A DNA stretch of 64,000 nt. Origin: a virus. The position numbers and the translations under genes are program-made. The DNA is taken from the IMG/VR virus record IMGVR_UViG_3300031834_000001, positions 28,859-92,858 of that record; one strand, 5' to 3'. Positions 59,417 through 64,000 of the stretch are shown here, piece by piece (the first letter of the stretch is position 1; each line of letters starts with the position of its first letter). Below the pieces are notes generated by a model. The model saw nothing but the letters and a program-made list of their open reading frames with translations. It did not search any database and was not told where the DNA came from.

Positions 59417-59895
59417 CCGGCTCCGAAGTGTTGGCCAGGTGGAACACCCTTACCCCGGCGGAACGTGACGCCTGGGTGGCGGAGAGGTGCATGGACATGT
59501 CCCTCATGCGTTGCGTGAACAGCGCGGAGTACGTGACCCACGAGATGGCCATGGACGCCGGAGACCGCTCGCTCGAAGGGTCCCTCTACCGCGCCGAGGA
59601 GTGGGAGCCGGTCGAGCCGCCCCCGTTCACCCAGGACAACAACGCCGCCATCTCCGTCGCGGAGAAACTGGGGCTTACCCTGCTTCCCGTGCGAGACTTG
59701 GCGGACGAGGATAACCCGAAACTGCTGGGATGGATAGCGACGGACCACCCGGTGGCGATGGGCGACTGGGCCGATGGGCCGCGCGAAGTCCTCTTGGCGA
59801 TAGACAGGTTCCTGCCCGCCGAGTTGGTCCAGCCTACCCCGGCGGCCGCGATATGCCTGGCGGGGTTGGCCTACGTCGAGGGAGGCGAGGGTTAG
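59413..59895 (+). CDS. Phage ABA-sandwich-like protein
   Basis: ERDAWVAERCM...PPFTQDNNAAISVAEKL...PAAAICLAGL. Confidence 0.65.
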   Translation: MTGSEVLARWNTLTPAERDAWVAERCMDMSLMRCVNSAEYVTHEMAMDAGDRSLEGSLYRAEEWEPVEPPPFTQDNNAAISVAEKLGLTLLPVRDLADEDNPKLLGWIATDHPVAMGDWADGPREVLLAIDRFLPAELVQPTPAAAICLAGLAYVEGGEG

Positions 59896-59896
59896 C

Positions 59897-60725
59897 ATGG
59901 ACTCCGAACTGGCCGACGCGCTCGTAGCCATCGAGGCGAAGGTGGATCGGTTGTTCCGCTATCTCGTCTCGATCACCGACGCCTGCCCGGACTGCAAGGG
60001 GATGGGCTGGTACCCGAGCGCGTATCCCCACAGGGAATGCTCGGGTTGTGCGGGAAGCGGGAGAGTGCCGAGGGGGCGGGGAGGTGAGGGTTGATGCTAT
60101 GGTTCCTGGTAAACGAGGTTCATAGGTGCCACTGTGCCGCCTGGGGTGACACGGAGACCGAGGCCCAGGAGGCGCGACTGGATTGCCGGTACCGCGACGG
60201 GAAGGGTGTCTGCTTCGTGGACGGCGTCTATGACGCGGTCGGCAGGGACGGCCGGAGGTACCTGGTGGTAAAGGGGGAGCCGGGAGACCTGGCCCGGCAG
60301 GGTTGAACAACAGAGATCAACAGAGAGGAGTGTTGACGTTGGACGTTGACAAGCTCCACGGACTCCTAGCCGACGTGACTAGCCCATTCTACGAGGGGGT
60401 CACTGAGGACGCCGGGCTCGCCATAGTAGACTGCCACTTCGTGGTTATCGGCGTGGACAAGGTGAAGGCCGAGGCCCGCCGGGGCGAACTGGTGGACCTG
60501 CTGGCCGGGTATTCACCTCCCGGCAGATTGGCCGTCGGTCCCTCGTACATCGAGGTCGGCGGCGTCCTGGGCGACCAGGGCGAGGCGTTCCGGCTATTCG
60601 CGGTCGGCGAGGCTCTGGGAATGTGGAAGGTGATTACGCCGAAGACCATGGGTTTCGAGGGCCGCGCGGCTGAACAGTTGGCTGGACAGGGGTTCGTCAT
60701 GATGAGCGGCTACAAGGTCGCCTGA
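59897..60725 (+). CDS. Three small hypothetical ORFs (59897-60094 with CxxCxGxG, 60091-60306, 60303-60725)
   Basis: Coupled ORFs; CPDCKGMG/CSGCAGSG. Confidence 0.55.
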
Positions 60726-60820
60726 GCCTCCGGGGTATAGACAGCCGCCTGCCGGCCGGGGTAAGATGGGGTTAGAATCCGGCCTGGCGTTCCTCCGGGG
60801 ACGGGCAGGCGAGAATCCAA

Positions 60821-60852
60821 GAGAGGCCGCCCCAGCAAGGGGCGGTCTTCTC
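60821..60852. terminator. Hairpin between convergent operons
   Basis: GAGAGGCCGCCCC-agcaa-GGGGCGGTCTTCTC. Confidence 0.6.
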
Positions 60853-60856
60853 GTTT

Positions 60857-61432
60857 CTACTCCACCCTCTGCCACACGAACGCCATTCTGACCCGGTGGT
60901 TCGTTGACCCCGCGATTCCCACGGTCCCCACAAGCAACACGTCCGCCTTCCGGTACATCGGGAGCACCGTGTCCAGCCAGACTAGGAAGCCGCCCGGTCT
61001 GAGCGCCTTGGCGCACTCGCCTACCACCCTCTTCCTGTTGACCGGCCCCGTCCCATACTTCGCTGAGTCCTCCTTGGAGTATGGCGGGTCGGCCAGGATG
61101 AGCCCGAATCTCCCCTCCCCCACCAGGTTTCCCAGGTCATGCGCGTCTCCCACGATGTCCGGGTTCATGTCGGCGCGAATGTCCAGCCTCAAACCCTGGC
61201 CCGCCTGCACGGACCCGGCGAACAGGTGGAGGGTCATGTCCGGCGGGATGTCCGGGAAGAGCGTGGTCACCCGGTCGAGATAGCCCGGCGGGTAGGACCC
61301 ATAGTATCCGGAGCCCCGGTAGTTGTTGCCGCCCATCCAGACTCCGGTCAGCCAACGGTCCGTGCCGACCATGGGCGGGCGAGTCGGCCAACGGGAGTTG
61401 TAGAGGGCGGCGCGGTCGGCAAGGGTTAGCAT
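60857..61432 (-). CDS. Small amino-methyltransferase (N6A/N4C type)
   Basis: LHLFAGS (motif I), ILADPPY (motif IV), LRPGGFL. Confidence 0.75.
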   Translation of the reverse strand: MLTLADRAALYNSRWPTRPPMVGTDRWLTGVWMGGNNYRGSGYYGSYPPGYLDRVTTLFPDIPPDMTLHLFAGSVQAGQGLRLDIRADMNPDIVGDAHDLGNLVGEGRFGLILADPPYSKEDSAKYGTGPVNRKRVVGECAKALRPGGFLVWLDTVLPMYRKADVLLVGTVGIAGSTNHRVRMAFVWQRVE

Positions 61433-61830
61433 GTCGGCACCTCCACCTCGCTCGACTCGGTGCATCTCCACAGTCTAGTCCCCACTCTGACGCCTCCCAC
61501 CATGTCCAGCAGCTTCTTGACGCCCAACCCGTCCGGGAAGGCGACGGTTACCCCGTTCACCGTGACCCACAGGTTGACCGGGATTCCCTCATCCTTCGTG
61601 GTGGCCCGGAATCTCAGGCACCTCTGCGTCGCCCTAGTCGCCCACTCTTCCCTATCGGGGAAGTTTCCTTCGGTGAGTCTCAGACCCCACGCGGGATCCC
61701 CGACCATCGAGGCGGCCAGGTCCCACGCGGCGGCTGGCGGGATCGCCGCGGCGAACCGGGCCTGGTAGACGGCCAGGCGCGGAGCAGGGGGCCGGCCGAA
61801 CAGGGGGAGTTGGGCTTCGATAGGTCTCAT
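61426..61830 (-). CDS. Hypothetical protein
   Basis: Coupled to neighbours in a minus-strand operon. Confidence 0.55.
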   Translation of the reverse strand: MRPIEAQLPLFGRPPAPRLAVYQARFAAAIPPAAAWDLAASMVGDPAWGLRLTEGNFPDREEWATRATQRCLRFRATTKDEGIPVNLWVTVNGVTVAFPDGLGVKKLLDMVGGVRVGTRLWRCTESSEVEVPTC

Positions 61831-62477
61831 GGTTCCCCCGTCAGTCCCAGGTCGGCCATGATTTGCCGGGCCACCTCGGGGTCATGGGGTGTCTGCGGGC
61901 GGCGTGGCTTGACCACTTTAGCCGGGAGAACCCCTCGCCACCGGAGGGCCGATTCGCGCGGTGAGGATCGGCGAACGAAGGCTTCCCCGGTCTCCAACGC
62001 CCTCACGTAGTCTATGGCCTCCGTGTTGCCCAGGTCGAACTCGCCGTCGAGGGGGGCCGTGATTAACTGGATAACGATGGCCAGCGGGCCGCAGTAGAGG
62101 GGAAGTCGGTCCGCCGGGGCGACCCGCCGGGCCTCCAGGATGACCCTCGCCGACTCGGTTCCCACGGCCACCAATCCGACTCCGGCTTCCTCGAAGGCCG
62201 GGAGGTTCCTGGCCGCCGGGGCGACATACTCCTCCGCCATGCCCACCCAGGAGTAATCGACGTGCCAGCGATTCCGGGCCGCCTGGGCCAACGCGCGTCT
62301 CCAGTCGGACACCTTGAGTTCGACGGCCACCATGTCACCGTCGGCGAACCAGGCCACCAGGTCGGCGAGGCAGTTCCCGATGTTGCAGACCTCGCCCAGG
62401 ATGGACCCCGCGCCGCGACTGGTAAGCCAGGCCATCGCCGGGGCCGTCAGGGATGACTCGGGACGCCTAGTCCTCAC
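61827..62477 (-). CDS. PD-(D/E)xK nuclease-like protein
   Basis: ADLVAW...VAVELKVSDWRRALAQA...GVGLVAV; GTGA-coupled start. Confidence 0.65.
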   Translation of the reverse strand: MRTRRPESSLTAPAMAWLTSRGAGSILGEVCNIGNCLADLVAWFADGDMVAVELKVSDWRRALAQAARNRWHVDYSWVGMAEEYVAPAARNLPAFEEAGVGLVAVGTESARVILEARRVAPADRLPLYCGPLAIVIQLITAPLDGEFDLGNTEAIDYVRALETGEAFVRRSSPRESALRWRGVLPAKVVKPRRPQTPHDPEVARQIMADLGLTGEP

Positions 62478-62833
62478 GACCACGCCGCCGCCCACATGGC
62501 TTGAAGGAGTCGATGGAACGCCTCGCCGAATTGGGCGGGCTCGCACTCCACGCATAACTCCCCTCTCTTCTCCTCTACCCCGAACCCGGCCAGGGTGACT
62601 CGCAGGGCGGCCCAGTCTACATCGCGGCCGGACATGGCCCGATCGTCTAGGGTGTCCGCGCTATCCGTCAGGCGCAGGCGTCCGTCGTCGCCGGTCCAGA
62701 CGTCAATGACCATGCAGTCATTGTGGCGATCCAGGAACGGCGTGATAATCCTCGTCCACTTGCTCCCAGTGGCCTCGGTGCGAAACTGGCCGCCCAGATA
62801 GGCCAGGTAGGACGCGGCGAAATCGGTAGGCAT
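62474..62833 (-). CDS. DUF1828-like protein
   Basis: IITPFLDRHNDCMVIDV...RLTDSADTL; AAGGAGG RBS. Confidence 0.75.
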   Translation of the reverse strand: MPTDFAASYLAYLGGQFRTEATGSKWTRIITPFLDRHNDCMVIDVWTGDDGRLRLTDSADTLDDRAMSGRDVDWAALRVTLAGFGVEEKRGELCVECEPAQFGEAFHRLLQAMWAAAWS

Positions 62834-62855
62834 GTTAACCCCTCCTTCTGCCTGG

Positions 62856-62884
62856 TTATTGAGGCCCGGCGAGAGAGGTTCCTT
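62856..62884 (-). promoter_or_regulatory. Putative phage-sigma promoter AAGGAACC-N15-CAATAA
   Basis: Minus-strand copy of the motif directly upstream of the RBS of the DUF1828 operon. Confidence 0.65.
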
Positions 62885-62922
62885 CTGGTGGGTGGGGTGG
62901 GAAGGGGAATGACTAATAGTCC

Positions 62923-62959
62923 TTGACAACGGGGTCGGGATGGGATACAATGTAGACAG
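62923..62959 (+). promoter_or_regulatory. Near-consensus SigA promoter with the GTAGACAG element
   Basis: TTGACA-N17-TACAAT. Confidence 0.8.
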
Positions 62960-62978
62960 ATGGAGAGGGGCAACAAAC

Positions 62979-63830
62979 ATGCGGACCGCCCAGCAGGAAG
63001 CGTACATCGAGAGGCTCCGGGAACTCGACAAGGACGGCCAGTTGCAGGACCATCTCAACCGGGCCAAGAGGGTAGTCGCCCAGCGCATCTTCGCTGAGCA
63101 CCCGAATGAGGACATCAACCGCATCGCCAGGGTGGCCGAGGCTCTGATTGAAACCATCGCCATGGGGATGCCCGAGTAGAGACAGGGGACGTAGGGACCG
63201 CCCGATGAACCGGGAAGCCGGGGAGGGCGAGGAGAATAAGAGAGGAGATGGGCTCAGTGGTAGAACGGGCGGTCCTAGTTGACCCGGCCTACGCCAACCG
63301 CATCAATGCGGCCGTGGCTAACGGCGACGGCGAGAGGGCCTTCGAGCTCCTCGCGGGCGAAGGTTGGCGGATTAGTCTCTGGCAGACCCCGGAGAACCGG
63401 GAGAAGTTGAGCGTCGATGCCATCTGGTTCCTGGAGACAATCGAGGCAACGCCGAAGAAGTTCTGGCGTTCCTGACGGAGGTGCTTGAGGCGCAGGTGAA
63501 GTAGGCCATGCCCCGCCCGATGAACCCTTGGGGGAGGGTGGGGAGAATGGGAGAGGAGAGGTTGAGATGGATCGCAAGGCCGAGTTCGAGCAGAAGTTTG
63601 TTGGCTGCCGCTACGTCGAGCGCCTGTCCGAAATGAGAGAGGTCAACGGGTCCGGCTTCTACCCGGTTGTCAGCGAGGGAGGGGTGATCGCCATCTTCGA
63701 TTGTGCAAACCCTGACCCCGCTTACTCTCGGAAGCCTCGCGTCGGGAGCATCTATTCCGTTAGGCCCCTCCGTAGCGACTGGCACATCGACGCCGACAAG
63801 CCGGACACCCCGCAAGCACAGCACGTCTAG
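62979..63830 (+). CDS. Three small early ORFs (62979-63179, 63248-63475, 63567-63830)
   Basis: RBS-led ORFs downstream of the SigA promoter. Confidence 0.55.
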
Positions 63831-64000
63831 CCCAGCCCCATGGGGAGAAAAGGAGATGGGCGAGGTGGATAAGCTCGAACGCAAGGAGTGTCCGATCAAT
63901 CTCTGGTACCTGAGCCACCGGGCCGCCGACGTTGAGGAGTTCGCCGGGGAGCACGGTTTCTTGGACCTAACGACCGCGACTTGCCGGATATGCGAGGAGT

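Larger units (their letters stand above)
1..64000. mobile_element. Siphovirus/prophage genome segment (HK97-like head, non-contractile tail)
   Basis: Ordered TerS-TerL-portal-protease-MCP-neck-tail tube-chaperone-TMP-baseplate-lysis genes flanked by dense small ORFs; no host housekeeping genes and no tail sheath seen. Confidence 0.95.

Noticed and set aside
1-64000. Integrase, att sites, replication genes, tRNAs, reverse transcriptase/DGR
   Set aside because: No supporting motifs seen by eye; they may lie outside the window, so lifestyle cannot be fixed from this segment

Overview
The window is a high-GC, gene-dense segment of an HK97-fold siphovirus or prophage. SLH and copper-amine-oxidase-N domains, a SigH-like sigma factor, Gram-positive LexA boxes and Spo0A-type boxes point to a spore-forming Bacillota host (inference). 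Layout: (1) 1-9.9 kb small early/accessory ORFs, including ASCH, a SigH-like sigma and a J-domain protein. (2) 9.9-17.85 kb an array-less type IV-B CRISPR-Cas operon (csf1, cas11, csf2, csf3, cysH) carrying two insertions: a 4x-HTH gene, and a translationally coupled ibrB / degenerate SNF2-like / ibrA / glycosyltransferase module. (3) 20-47 kb packaging, head and tail genes, with a third PP-loop enzyme beside the probable cos site, a 1067-aa repetitive head-region protein and a WapA/DNRLRE-like distal tail protein. (4) 47.5-52.9 kb a secreted moron and a lysis module holding two transposase-less tnpB genes. One tnpB sits behind a consensus promoter with a LexA box, and its predicted guide reads into the active-site codons of a truncated amidase. 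(5) 53-64 kb a regulatory region and a second block of small early genes. A recurring AAGGAACC-N15-CAA(C/T) motif (5 copies) probably marks promoters for the phage sigma factor. I saw no integrase, replication module, tRNA or CRISPR array. All family assignments come from motif recognition by eye, not database searches.
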